Below are positions 49,584 through 60,530 of a stretch of 64,000 nt of DNA, one piece after another; position 1 is the first letter of the stretch; every line of letters begins with the position of its first letter. The position numbers and the translations under genes were made by a program. Under the pieces are notes generated by a model. The model was not told the DNA's origin. It searched no databases and saw only the letters and a list, made by a program, of their open reading frames with translations. This stretch comes from an uncultured Planctomycetaceae bacterium. GTDB lineage: Bacteria > Planctomycetota > Planctomycetia > Planctomycetales > Planctomycetaceae. Location: assembly GCA_963976765.1 (NCBI GenBank), contig CAXBME010000010.1, positions 124,001 through 188,000 of the forward strand, written 5' to 3'.

Positions 49584-51371
49584 TCACGCTGCGGGAACGG
49601 CAATCGCGATGAGTGCGACAACGACCGCCATTACAAGCGTGATGGCACACACCGGCAGCGCAATGCGCTCAAGGAATCGTCCGGGAATCGAAGTGGATGG
49701 AAACTCGGCACCAAGTCGTTCCCAGATTGTGTCGTCTGGCTTGATGGGTTGCTCGACCAGTAATGATGTCTTCCGCACGTAGACTCCCCACTCGCGGATA
49801 CGTCGTTTGCAGATGCCGCTGATCTGAAGGATCATCACCAATGTAAAGGCGAACCAGGCGACTGATGCGCGACTGTCGACGACTTCGCGAACGATTCCCT
49901 CGACGGCCTGGGGCACCGCGATCAGAGACGCTTCCTTTAAGAGTGGCTGCAGAAGATAAGCAAGAAATGCCACGATGACCGACGTCACAGAAACACGGAA
50001 CACACCCGGGGCTCTGACGCTCTGGGGAGTTTCCGCGTCGTGTCCCGCACAGACCATCCAGGCAGGTTTTAAGAGCGTGATCCAGAAAGTTTTTGCGAAC
50101 GCAATCACCGTGACGAGGAACAGTGCGGCCAGCGTCAGAGTCAGGACACCCCCCACACGGTCACCGGGATTACCAGCAGGCCGAGCGTGAGCGGCGTGAA
50201 AACCGGGCAAAGCTGATCTCCATAGAGCAGGTCAAGTCGCTTAACGATCTGCTCGCCCATCTGTCTGCTCGCTACTGTCATGTCGAGAGAGTTTTCGCCT
50301 GCGGAAACGGGCATCGCGGAAGCGGCGAAAAACCCGACGCCTATAATCAGGAATGCCACTGCCCAGATGCAGAGAGCGTAGTAGCAACACAATCTGAGAT
50401 CGCTGAGTTTGATTGCCTCCGCGCGTGCTGTTCGTCGAGCCTGGTTCTGCTCCTCCCGAGTATCTGCGGAGGACCAGCTGAGTTCATAATGCAGTTCCTC
50501 ATCAGAACCGGCGGCATCCGTGTTCGAAATCAGCCGTTTCAATCGGTCCGGGACGTCATTCCACTCGTCAGTGGCTCCGGAATCCGGGATCTCGATATTT
50601 GGATTCTGGACTTCGATATATCGATTCGGCTCTGGCGGCCCGTACGGAGCATAAGAGGACGTTGACTGCTCAACGCGCCGCAGGACTGCTCGATGTAGTC
50701 GTGGCTTGCGTAGCAAGTCATCAGCGTTGCCGTGGATGCCAACTTCCCGGCTGATTTCCAGGATGCTCCGAGGCTGGTATCGATAAAACATCGAACCGCC
50801 GCTTCGCGAGTCGTACAGTTTTCCGAGTTCGTCGCGCCGCTGGTGATACTCGCTCCACGTCTCCGTGTCGAATTTGAGGCCCTCCCGACAAGCATGAAGC
50901 ATCATCCACTGCAGAGGAACGTGTGCAGGATGATCCTTCGGATAACCGCCGCCCACGTTGGCATGAGCCCCGGCAAACCAGACCTGTTCCACCTTTTTGA
51001 GCAACGTATCGGGTCGTTTGGTCGTGTGAGTGTCGTCGCTCGTGAACTCGAGCCACATGACCGGGTGAAACGTCTTGCGTTCGTCATTAACGGCGATCGC
51101 GTGGCAGGCATTTTCAATGCAGGGGTGCAGATCATCGTCGGCACCCCATGACTTCCATTCGTTACAGGCAGGCTCTCTGCCAACACTTTTCTTCCGAAAG
51201 AACGGGATCGGGCGCACGAGATTCAACAGCATCTCTCCAGCGAACCAGCCGAGCAGTGGAAGTTCCATTTGAAATACCGCCAGCATTCCCAGTCCCGTCC
51301 GACAGCTCGACAATGTTTTTCGGCCCGGGTGCGCGAGTTGAGTCGCTGCCGACCTGGCCTGCTGACTGCAA
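49584..51371 (-). pseudogene. Decayed DUF2235 (Tle1-like alpha/beta hydrolase) gene with membrane C-terminus
   Basis: KNIVELSDGTGN in ORF 51162-51371; HAIAVNDERKTF and QVWFAGAHANVGGGY in ORF 50141-51400; TM region continues in ORF 49584-50210; no GFSRG-type motif in these ORFs. Confidence 0.7.
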
Positions 51372-51713
51372 GGAAGTGCTCGTATTGTCGACCCGATCAT
51401 TTAAGATACGAACGTTAACCAGATCGTATACGGCACTAACACCTACCGAACAATCAAGACCTCCGGTTGGTGTTGCTGGCGGACAAGGTCGAATCTGCCA
51501 ATCCCTGACTTCATCTGCGAGTCAGAATGGATCAGCGCTCGTACCGACGCCTGCGTGGTGCTGCCACAAGAGTGACGCGACGCTTCTGAAGATTGCATCG
51601 GTGGCAGTAGAATCGGAAACGCTGTGTGTTCACCCCTGCAAACACAACGGCTCTCTGCTGGACGGTCCAGATTGTTCAGCGTGACGCCCTCGCAAGACGG
51701 AGACCACCAACTC

Positions 51714-52844
51714 ATGCGACAGTTCCTCTCTTTCGTTATCGGGACTCTGCTGATCATGCCCGCGACCACACATGCCGACGATCCGCTGATCTACGTTTCC
51801 GCTTTCGCAGCCGGCGAGAAGGGGGCAATCCACGCCTTTCGATTTGACTCGGAAACCGGAGCGTTGAAGCCTCAGCATCAGACGAGCGATGTCCAGCATC
51901 CGTTTTTTCTGGTGATCTCAGCGGATGGTCGTTTTCTCTACTCGATCGACACCGACAAGTTTGGCGGCGAAGAAAACGAATTTGTCGCCGCGTACTCGAT
52001 TGAGAAGCAAACTGGAAAGCTCACACGACTGAATCGGCAATCGGCGAAAGGCTCGGCGTCATGCTATCTGGACATCGATTCGACAGGGAAGACTGTCGTC
52101 CTGGCCAACTACTCGTCGGGAAGTGTCGCCGCGTTGCCGGTGCGGGAGGATGGTTCTCTGGGAGAAGCGACTTCATTCGTGCAGCATGAAGGTTCGAGTA
52201 TTAATCCCCGGCGGCAGAAAGCACCTTACGCACACAGCATTGTGATCAGTCCGGACAACCGCTTTGCACTCGCGGCTGATCTGGGCATTGATAAGGTGCT
52301 GAGCTACCACCTCGACGCGACCCGTTCGAAACTGACGGTCAACGATGCACAGCCTTCGGTTTCGGTCGATCCAGGTTCCGGCCCTCGGCACCTGACGTTT
52401 CATCCGAATGGCAAAAGCGTCTACCTGATCAACGAACTGAAGAACACGGTCACGTTCTTCAGCTTCGAGTCGGAGTCCGGCCAACTGAAATCTAAGCAGA
52501 CGATTTCGACGTTGCCTGCCGATTTCGACGGAGTCACTCACACAGCCGATCTCAAAATCACGCCGGACGGAAAGTTCCTGTACGGCACAAACCGCGGGCA
52601 CGACAGCATCGCCGCCTACCGAATCGACGACGACGGAATGCTGACTTTGATCAACATCGAACCGAGCCTTGGCAAAGGCCCGCAGAACCTGCTGATCACG
52701 CCCGACGGTAAATGGCTGCTCTGCGCCAACATGCCCGGCAACAACGTTGTGGTCTTCCAAATCGACTCCAAGTCGGGCGAACTGAAGGCAACCGGCGAAC
52801 CAGTCACTGTACCGATGGCCTCGTGCATTCGCTGGCTGAAGTAA
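51714..52844 (+). CDS. Lactonase family 7-bladed beta-propeller (6-phosphogluconolactonase-like), secreted
   Basis: ANYSSG, PYAHSI, ADLGID, GSGPRH, NRGHDSI, signal peptide. Confidence 0.92.
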   Translation: MRQFLSFVIGTLLIMPATTHADDPLIYVSAFAAGEKGAIHAFRFDSETGALKPQHQTSDVQHPFFLVISADGRFLYSIDTDKFGGEENEFVAAYSIEKQTGKLTRLNRQSAKGSASCYLDIDSTGKTVVLANYSSGSVAALPVREDGSLGEATSFVQHEGSSINPRRQKAPYAHSIVISPDNRFALAADLGIDKVLSYHLDATRSKLTVNDAQPSVSVDPGSGPRHLTFHPNGKSVYLINELKNTVTFFSFESESGQLKSKQTISTLPADFDGVTHTADLKITPDGKFLYGTNRGHDSIAAYRIDDDGMLTLINIEPSLGKGPQNLLITPDGKWLLCANMPGNNVVVFQIDSKSGELKATGEPVTVPMASCIRWLK

Positions 52845-53007
52845 TCGAGGATCCGGCAACGCGATCCGGCTTTGTCGCGAGGGTGTTCTTCCATTTTCAG
52901 GTTCCCGATAAACTTCCAGAGTCGTCCGCGTAAGCTGGTTCGATCGCATTTAGACTTCATGGCACGAAGTCTGAATGTACGAGTCCTTTCTTCGGTGGTG
53001 GTTTCGT

Positions 53008-55878
53008 ATGTCGTTTGTTCGTCTCGTCGGAATTTTTTGCTGTGCTGTCGGCACGATGGTGGCTGTACCGACTCACGCCGCAGAATCGGCACCCGACTTC
53101 GAGACTGACATCGCTCCAATTCTGACAAGCAGGTGCGGAAAGTGTCATGGCGAGAAAGTTCGGAAGGGCGATCTCGATCTGTCGTCCATGCAAGGTCTGC
53201 GTCGCGGCGGCGAGTCCGGCGAACCGTCCATTACCGAATCGGTCGACGACAGCCTGCTGTGGATCATGATTGACGGTGGCGACATGCCTCCCGAAGGCCA
53301 GCCGCCGCTGAGCGATGACGAACGCTCGCTGATTCACGAATGGCTCAAGGCCGGAGCGAAATCGAACACTCCGGCAGAAACCGAAGAAAAGAAACTCAAC
53401 CAGCACGACGTTCTTCCGATCGTGCTGCTTCGATGCACGACCTGCCACGGAGCGAGGATCAAACAGGGCGGAGTTGATCTACGAACGCCGGCGGCCATGA
53501 AGAAAGGCGGCAGGAACGGTCCGGCCATGATCCCCGGCGACCCGGCTGCCAGCCTGATGATGCAACGGATCGAGAGCGAAGCCTGCCCGCCTCGTGACCT
53601 GCTGCTGAAATTTTTTGTCAGGCGACCGCCAGCTTCCGAAGTGAAAGTTCTGCGAGACTGGATTGATGCCGGCGCTCCCGAAGAAGACATCCGTCCTGAC
53701 GTAGCGACGACCGAACCCGATCTGCTGGTGACGGACGAGGACCGCCAGCACTGGGCCTTTCAACCGCCGGCCGTCTCGTCGGATGCCGAATCAATCGACG
53801 AGTTCATCCTGGCAAAGCTCCAGGAACAAGGACTGCCGTTCTCACCCGCAGCAAATCGGGACACACTGATTCGCCGCACGTATCTCGACCTGATCGGAAT
53901 GCCGCCGAGCGTTGGCGACTGGAAAAAGTGGCATGGCAACGAGGATCCCAACTGGCATCAGCAACTGATCGACTACCTGCTCGCTTCGCCTCACTACGGA
54001 GAGCGTTGGGGGCGGTACTGGCTGGACCTGGCGGGCTATGCGGATTCGGAAGGCGGCACGTCGGCTGATCCTGTTCGAGAGGTTGCGTGGAAGTATCGCG
54101 ACTATGTCATTCGAGCCTTCAACAATGACAAACCTTACGACCGGTTTCTGCTGGAGCAGATCGCCGGCGACGAACTGATCGACCACGAGAACGCCGAAGT
54201 TATCACGGAAGAGATCGTCGATAATCTGGTCGCGACGGGATTCCTGAGGATGGGCATCGACCAGACCGGCTCGCGAACGATGAACTTTGTGCCGGAACGA
54301 ATCGGCGTTATCAGCGATGTCGTCACCGTGCTCGGTGAAGGACTGATGGGCCTGACGTTGGGCTGCGCAAGATGCCACTCGCACAAGTACGACCCCATTC
54401 CGCATCGCGACTACTATCGGTTCAAAGCCATCTTTCAGGGGGCGTTCGACGAGCACGACTGGCTGACGTTCAAGAATCGCAAGCTCAACGTTGACATTCC
54501 GGAACGGCGGAAGCAGTACGCGTCCGAAAATCCGCCGCTCGTTGCCAGGATTAAACAACTCCAGAACCAGCTGAAATCCAGTATGGCTTCGTTGCAGACC
54601 GAGCTGCTTCGTCAGCACTATCCAGAGCAGTCAGAAGCCGACCGGAAGGAAACTCTGCGAGCCCTGAAAATCGCCGACAACAACCGGTCGCAGCCTCAAC
54701 GCATTCTGGTCGAGAAGCTTCAGGTTGTTTCCCTGCTGCCGGATTCTGAACAGCCGAAGTCCGTCGTCGATGCTCGCAAATCTGTTCGTAACATCGAAGA
54801 CGAAATCGCCAGAACGAAGAAGCAGACGCCGCCACCACCGACGATTCGCGCAGTGTGGGACCGTGGTGAACCGTCACCGACTTACATCCTGCGACGTGGC
54901 GAGCACAACAAGCCCGGCCCGCTGGTCGGACCAGGCGTTCCGTCGGTGCTGACCGATGGCCGAACGCCGTTTAATGTCACTCCTCCGTTTCCAGATGGTG
55001 CTCTCAGGACCGGACGAAGACTCGCCTTTGCCAGGTGGCTGACTCAGCCCAAGCACCCGCTCACCGCGCGAGTCATGGTCAACCGGATTTGGTATCACCA
55101 CTTCGGAACTGGACTGGTGAAGACGTTGGAGAACTTTGGAACGAAGGGCGAGCGACCGTCGCATCCGGAACTGCTGGACTGGCTGGCGGTGAAGTTTGTC
55201 GAGCACGACTGGAGTATCAAAAAACTGCACCGGTTCATGATGAATTCACAGACGTATCGGCAGTCAAGTCGCATCACCGAACAGTGTCGGGAACTTGATC
55301 CGCAAAACCGGCTGCTTTCGCGAATGTCATTGCGGCGGATGGATGCGGAAGCATTGCGGGACTCACTGCTGGCCGTTTCCGGTCGACTTGATGAAACACC
55401 AGGCGGACCACCGGACACCGTTTCCGTCGATCAGGATGGTCTGGTGAGTGTCGATCCGACCGACGATAACCGCTGGCGGCGCAGCATCTACGTGCAGTAT
55501 CGCCGTACGGAAATCCCTTCGATGTTGGACACCTTCGACTATCCAGAAATGGGACCAAACTGTCTTGCACGCAGCGTGTCGACGGCCTCACCGCAGTCGT
55601 TGATGCTGATGAACAACCAGCACGTCCGAGAACTGGCCGCCTCGTTCGCTGCTCGCGTTGAAGCCGCGCAGCAGGATGGAAATTCAAACAACCCCGGCAG
55701 TCGCGTCGAGGCCGTTTATCAACTTGCGCTGAGCCGTTCACCGACTGACGAAGAACGAAAGCTCGGCATCAATGCCTTGAAGGAATTGGGTCAGGCCTGG
55801 CCCGATCACCCGAACGCGGCATTGGAGACTTATTGCCACGCAATTCTGAACTCGGGAGCGTTTCTTTACATCGATTGA
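53008..55878 (+). CDS. DUF1549/DUF1553 protein with two planctomycete cytochrome c domains
   Basis: CGKCH, CTTCH, YGERWGRYWLDLAGYADS, CARCHSHKYDP, PSHPELLDWLA. Confidence 0.92.
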   Translation: MSFVRLVGIFCCAVGTMVAVPTHAAESAPDFETDIAPILTSRCGKCHGEKVRKGDLDLSSMQGLRRGGESGEPSITESVDDSLLWIMIDGGDMPPEGQPPLSDDERSLIHEWLKAGAKSNTPAETEEKKLNQHDVLPIVLLRCTTCHGARIKQGGVDLRTPAAMKKGGRNGPAMIPGDPAASLMMQRIESEACPPRDLLLKFFVRRPPASEVKVLRDWIDAGAPEEDIRPDVATTEPDLLVTDEDRQHWAFQPPAVSSDAESIDEFILAKLQEQGLPFSPAANRDTLIRRTYLDLIGMPPSVGDWKKWHGNEDPNWHQQLIDYLLASPHYGERWGRYWLDLAGYADSEGGTSADPVREVAWKYRDYVIRAFNNDKPYDRFLLEQIAGDELIDHENAEVITEEIVDNLVATGFLRMGIDQTGSRTMNFVPERIGVISDVVTVLGEGLMGLTLGCARCHSHKYDPIPHRDYYRFKAIFQGAFDEHDWLTFKNRKLNVDIPERRKQYASENPPLVARIKQLQNQLKSSMASLQTELLRQHYPEQSEADRKETLRALKIADNNRSQPQRILVEKLQVVSLLPDSEQPKSVVDARKSVRNIEDEIARTKKQTPPPPTIRAVWDRGEPSPTYILRRGEHNKPGPLVGPGVPSVLTDGRTPFNVTPPFPDGALRTGRRLAFARWLTQPKHPLTARVMVNRIWYHHFGTGLVKTLENFGTKGERPSHPELLDWLAVKFVEHDWSIKKLHRFMMNSQTYRQSSRITEQCRELDPQNRLLSRMSLRRMDAEALRDSLLAVSGRLDETPGGPPDTVSVDQDGLVSVDPTDDNRWRRSIYVQYRRTEIPSMLDTFDYPEMGPNCLARSVSTASPQSLMLMNNQHVRELAASFAARVEAAQQDGNSNNPGSRVEAVYQLALSRSPTDEERKLGINALKELGQAWPDHPNAALETYCHAILNSGAFLYID

Positions 55879-55906
55879 TTCCCGGAGCAGGTCATTTGTT
55901 ATTTTG

Positions 55907-55955
55907 AACGCAGACGATGAATGAGGTCTCCCTTTTTCTCAGCGATCTCTGCGTT
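55907..55955. repeat. Degenerate inverted repeat of the CGCAGA type
   Basis: AACGCAGA...TCTCAGCGATCTCTGCGTT between two co-oriented genes. Confidence 0.45.
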
Positions 55956-55984
55956 CCCCTTTCTGAAGAGCAAGTACCGTCGAC

Positions 55985-57454
55985 ATGACGAATCAATTGC
56001 CAACTCGAAACAGTCGTCGTGACTTCTTTGCTCGGACGAGCGATGGATTACTCGGCGCGGCGCTGACTCACCTGATGTGTGGCGACTTTTTCGGTGGGGC
56101 GTCCGCACTGGCTTCGAAGCATGAAGAGCCAGGACCGGCACCAATTTACAATCTCAAGCCAAAAAGGACTCATCATCCCGCAAAGGCGACGTCCGTTATT
56201 CAGCTTTTCATGAACGGCGGACCAAGTCAGATGGACCTGTTCGATCCAAAGCCGGAACTGCGACGGCTGGACGGAATGCCGTTTCCCGGCAACGTCGAAG
56301 AGATCGGTAACTCTGACGCCGAAGACATCGGCGTCATGATGGGCGGTCAGTACAGCTTCGCACGGCACGGAGAGTCAGGCATGTGGATGGCAGATGTCCT
56401 GCCGCACACGTCCCAATTTGCCGATGACATCTGCCTCGTCAATTCGATGTGGACCGACCATCCGAACCACGACAACGCTCTCTACAAGATTCACAGCGGT
56501 CGGTTGTTCATGGGCTATCCAACGCTCGGAGCGTGGACGGTCTACGGACTGGGGTCGGAGAATCAGAATCTCCCTGCGTACGTTGTCCTGAACGATCCGC
56601 TGGGACCACCGAAGAATGGAACGCGTAACTGGACGTCGGGATTTCTGCCACCGGTTTTTCAGGGAACCCGTTTCCGCCCGACTGGCTCGCCGATCCTGAA
56701 TCTCAAACCGCAGTATCAACAACCATCGGCGGTGACAGAAGCTGCTCGCGGCTTGCTGAGCAAGCTGGACGGAATTCACCGGAAAGATCGTCCTTACTAT
56801 CCGGAGCTTGATGCGAGGATCGAGTCGTACGGTCTGGCCGCAAGGATGCAGCTATCAGCGGGCGAAGCGCTCGACCTGTCGCGCGAGGAAAAACATACTC
56901 AGTCCATGTACGGCGTCGGCGAAGAGTGGACCGACTCGTTCGGGAAACGGTGTCTGCTCGCGCGGCGGCTGGTGGAGCGCGGCGTGCGGTTCGTACAGAT
57001 TTTCCTGGAAGAACAGCCGTGGGACAGTCACGCCGATCTCGCCGCCAACCATCGCGGAGCGTGTCTGCGTACCGACAAACCTGTCGCCGGTTTGCTGCGG
57101 GATCTCAAACAGCGAGGCCTGCTGGATTCAACACTCGTCGTGTGGGGTGGCGAGTTCGGGCGAACTCCAACGACACAGAAATCGGCCAACGGATTCTCCG
57201 GCCGAGACCACAACATGCAGGCTTTCACATCCTGGATGGCGGGCGGCGGAATCAAGGGCGGAACAAGCTACGGAAAGACCGACGGCTTCGGCCACGCCGT
57301 CATCGAGAATCCAGTCAGCGTCCACGACTTTCACGCCACGATTCTGCACCTGCTCGGCCTGCATCATCAGGAATTGTTCTTTGAACGAAGCGGACTGGAA
57401 GAACGGCTGACCGGTTTCGAGCCACCTCGGGTCGTGCATGAAATTCTGAGCTGA
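55985..57454 (+). CDS. DUF1501 family protein (Tat-exported)
   Basis: SRRDFF, FMNGGPSQMDLFDPK, LARRLVERGVRFVQ, GEFGRTP, GRDH. Confidence 0.92.
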   Translation: MTNQLPTRNSRRDFFARTSDGLLGAALTHLMCGDFFGGASALASKHEEPGPAPIYNLKPKRTHHPAKATSVIQLFMNGGPSQMDLFDPKPELRRLDGMPFPGNVEEIGNSDAEDIGVMMGGQYSFARHGESGMWMADVLPHTSQFADDICLVNSMWTDHPNHDNALYKIHSGRLFMGYPTLGAWTVYGLGSENQNLPAYVVLNDPLGPPKNGTRNWTSGFLPPVFQGTRFRPTGSPILNLKPQYQQPSAVTEAARGLLSKLDGIHRKDRPYYPELDARIESYGLAARMQLSAGEALDLSREEKHTQSMYGVGEEWTDSFGKRCLLARRLVERGVRFVQIFLEEQPWDSHADLAANHRGACLRTDKPVAGLLRDLKQRGLLDSTLVVWGGEFGRTPTTQKSANGFSGRDHNMQAFTSWMAGGGIKGGTSYGKTDGFGHAVIENPVSVHDFHATILHLLGLHHQELFFERSGLEERLTGFEPPRVVHEILS

Positions 57455-57592
57455 CAGACCCGGATTAGCTGGCGACGTGGCTCCCGCAGAATTCACTCAA
57501 CCGGAACCAGACCTGATCGACCGCAAGCGGGCACACCGAGGACAAAACACTGGTGAAACACTCGCTGAGCGATCGTTTTTCCGAGAGCACAG

Positions 57593-58411
57593 CTACGCCG
57601 CAGTGGTGCTGAGGTTTCGCTGGATCTGCTCCAGGTCGGCGGCACTGCCGAGCACCAGGCAGACGTAAACCGTGTCGTGCTCGCGCCAGACAGCGGCGGT
57701 CAACTCTCGACCGGCTCGCGGAATGTATTGAGCATCCGTCTGAGAAAAGCTACCAGAACCCGGCAATGGCGCGACGCGACTGGCAGGAATGGCTGCCAGA
57801 ATTCCGGCAATCGGAGCGTTTCTCGATCGGGAAAAGCGGAAGACAGTGACAGCCGCGTCGTGTCCAGCTTTGTCGTCCAGATCGACTCCGAGAATCTCAG
57901 AAGCAACTTTCACTTGTCGATTGCCGACCCACGGGCCGGGAAGTGCGAACTCGAAACCCGTATCGAACTTCATGTTTGCCGATAAATCGATCGGCAAACG
58001 CTCCAGCAGTTCTGCCTCGGTAAACTGAACCGGCTGAGACTGCCACAGCCAGCCGGCAACCCCGATCATCAACGCACTGACGACTGAAACCGCTGCCTTA
58101 ATCATTCGCCGTCGCGAAACTCCAGAACTCAGCGTTCCGGATTCATTGTTTCCAGCAGGCGTGTCGTCGGTAGCGGCGCTGGCTTTCTGAGCAGAACGAT
58201 CAAGTAGCGCTGAACGCAGTCCCGCTGGCACGTCGACATCCTGTACGACTTCGACGACCGCGCGATCGAAACTCTGCATCGACGCGAAGGCTTCCTGGCA
58301 GGCATCGCACGATTCCAGATGCGCACGAGCATCGGCCATCTCGGGCAGATCGAGATCGTCCGAGTCCGGCCTGACGCAATCCAGAAATTCAAGTGCGGTC
58401 TGACAGTCCAT
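57593..58411 (-). CDS. Zinc-binding (ZAS) transmembrane anti-sigma factor
   Basis: HLESCDAC (HxxxCxxC), single TM, directly downstream of an ECF sigma gene. Confidence 0.85.
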   Translation of the reverse strand: MDCQTALEFLDCVRPDSDDLDLPEMADARAHLESCDACQEAFASMQSFDRAVVEVVQDVDVPAGLRSALLDRSAQKASAATDDTPAGNNESGTLSSGVSRRRMIKAAVSVVSALMIGVAGWLWQSQPVQFTEAELLERLPIDLSANMKFDTGFEFALPGPWVGNRQVKVASEILGVDLDDKAGHDAAVTVFRFSRSRNAPIAGILAAIPASRVAPLPGSGSFSQTDAQYIPRAGRELTAAVWREHDTVYVCLVLGSAADLEQIQRNLSTTAA

Positions 58412-58420
58412 CGATGAAAT

Positions 58421-58491
58421 GTTCCAGGTTCGAAGTTCCGGGCTCTTTGTTCCAACACGACGTGGAACACGGAACCTGGAACTTAAAAACT
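58421..58491. repeat. Heptamer-based inverted repeat
   Basis: GTTCCAG GTTCGAA GTTCCGG ... GGAACAC GGAACCT GGAACTT. Confidence 0.65.
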
Positions 58492-58494
58492 ACG

Positions 58495-58989
58495 TTAATA
58501 ACTCTCCGGGCTGATCCGTTCGCGAAGCTGCTTTTTTCCCCGCGACAGGCGGCTCATCACCGTGCCGATCGGGACGTCCAGTTGCTCGGCGATTTCCCGG
58601 TAACTCAACTCTCGAAAGTAAAACAGGAGAAGTACAGAACGGAATTCCTCGGGCAGCTCATTCAAGACCTGCTGCAAAGATTCACTGTCGAGCGTCTGCT
58701 CAACCCGTTCGTCGCTCCCTCGTTTTTGATCAACCGGATCGGCGAGCACTTCCAGAGCGACTTCTCCATGAGTCACCCTGTCGCGAATTCGTCGGCGGTA
58801 GAGGTTACGAACGATCATGAACAACCACGCTCGAACTTTGTCGGGATCACGCAACGTGTCGAGTTTGCGTTGAGCATCCAGAAACGCCTGCTGCGAAATA
58901 TCTTCCGCCTCATGAGACGTTCCTGAAAGCCGATACGCAAATCGGAACACCGATTCGTAGTGCTGATCGACGAGTTGAGATATCTCCAC
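58495..58989 (-). CDS. ECF sigma factor
   Basis: FRFAYRL, AEDISQQAF, SYREIAEQLDVPIGTVMSRLSRG; start GTG 58989. Confidence 0.93.
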   Translation of the reverse strand: MEISQLVDQHYESVFRFAYRLSGTSHEAEDISQQAFLDAQRKLDTLRDPDKVRAWLFMIVRNLYRRRIRDRVTHGEVALEVLADPVDQKRGSDERVEQTLDSESLQQVLNELPEEFRSVLLLFYFRELSYREIAEQLDVPIGTVMSRLSRGKKQLRERISPESY

Positions 58990-59167
58990 GGTCGGCCTGC
59001 CCTGAAACCAAGTTCCGCCAGAGGGGATGCGTAAACGTTTCCGCATATTCCCGGAAATTTGCGAAGCCTAACGAATTTTCGCAGTTGCGCCACGATGTCG
59101 ACGTCGCCCTGAGCGGAAACCTCATCCGCCCGACAGCTCAGGAGATTAGATCTTGTCTATTTCGAAC

Positions 59168-59491
59168 ATGTCCGAGACCGCTGCTTCGAACACTCCTCCG
59201 GCGTACACCAGGATATTGCCAAATGCTTGCCTCGGTTCGTCGATCCTCTTTGCCATCGTTTCGGTCGTGACGTGGATCTCGATCCTGACAATCTCCAGCT
59301 ACAACGTGCTCATCGCGTTTGTGATCGGACTGCCCGTTTCGCTGGGCGGAAGCCTCTTTCTCGCATTGTTGCCGACGGTCATTCTCAGGATTTTCCTGAA
59401 CGATCGACGAGTCACATGGTCACTCTGGATTTCCGGATCCGCGGCGGCAATCAATGCAGGGGTTAGCGTTTTCGTCGCCACGATGTGCTGA
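59168..59491 (+). CDS. Small membrane protein (3 TM)
   Basis: Three hydrophobic helices; first gene of a co-oriented run ending at truA. Confidence 0.55.
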   Translation: MSETAASNTPPAYTRILPNACLGSSILFAIVSVVTWISILTISSYNVLIAFVIGLPVSLGGSLFLALLPTVILRIFLNDRRVTWSLWISGSAAAINAGVSVFVATMC

Positions 59492-59522
59492 GTCAGCACT
59501 CCTAACGGAGAAGGTATCGACC

Positions 59523-60530
59523 ATGACCGGACGACATCGACGGCTCATCACAATTCTTCTGGCCGGACTGGGATTGCTCGGCAGTGGCCAGTTCTATCGT
59601 CACTTCTGGCTGATCCATCCGGTCGGAAGCGGGCCGGCGGGACGATCGGTTAACCGCTCGCTGTTTGAAAAGCCCTGGACCGCTCGTTCAGTCGTGCTGC
59701 TCGGGATGGGCGACAGCGTGACCGATGGCTTTGGAGCATCCGGCGGGAAGTCCTACTTCGATCGGCTGGTGAAGAATCCGGCGGACGAATTCGACGACAT
59801 GCTGGGCCTCAACCTGCGAGCAGTCATCCCGAATCTGGAAGCCCACAATGTGGCGATGTCCGGCACGACGTCGCAGGAACTGGTCGATTATCAGCTTCCT
59901 CGCCTGCCCGAAGTTGATGACGGCACGTTCGGGATTATCGTCATGACGACCGGCGGCAACGACATCATCCATAACTATGGGCAGACTCCGCCGCACGAAG
60001 GAGCGATGTACGGAGCGACTTTCGAACAGGCACAGCCGTGGATCGCGAACTTCGACGCCCGACTCGGAAGAATTCTCGACAAGGTGACCGAACACTTCCC
60101 CGGCGGTTGTGCGATCTTTCTGGCCAACATCTACGACCCGACAGACGGCATCGGCGACACGATCAACGCCGGACTGCCTCACTGGCCGGACGGCTTGAAG
60201 ATTCACTCGGCCTACAACCAGATCATCGCCGACACCGCCGAGCACCGGGACAACGTTTTTCTCGTGAACATGCGGGGCGAATTCCTCGGGCACGGCATTC
60301 ATTCGCGACAATTCTGGCAACCGTTCTACCAATCCGAAGATCCGGGATACTGGTACTTCGACAATCTCGAAGATCCGAACGACCGAGGCTACGATGCCCT
60401 GCGACGATTGTTTCTTCACCAGATGTCGCACACGCTGCCGGTCATCTTTGATCAGCCGCGACTTCCCACCCGGCAACCCGTTCGACAAGCCAGACCTCAG
60501 ATTGATGCCGCAGCGCCTTCAGAAACTTAA
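59523..60530 (+). CDS. SGNH/GDSL hydrolase
   Basis: GDSVTDG block I, SG block II, GGND block III, LEDPNDRGY block V variant. Confidence 0.85.
   Translation: MTGRHRRLITILLAGLGLLGSGQFYRHFWLIHPVGSGPAGRSVNRSLFEKPWTARSVVLLGMGDSVTDGFGASGGKSYFDRLVKNPADEFDDMLGLNLRAVIPNLEAHNVAMSGTTSQELVDYQLPRLPEVDDGTFGIIVMTTGGNDIIHNYGQTPPHEGAMYGATFEQAQPWIANFDARLGRILDKVTEHFPGGCAIFLANIYDPTDGIGDTINAGLPHWPDGLKIHSAYNQIIADTAEHRDNVFLVNMRGEFLGHGIHSRQFWQPFYQSEDPGYWYFDNLEDPNDRGYDALRRLFLHQMSHTLPVIFDQPRLPTRQPVRQARPQIDAAAPSET

Noticed and set aside
52960..52976. Sigma54-like TGGCACG upstream of the DUF1553 gene
   Set aside because: The -12 element reads CTGA rather than TTGC
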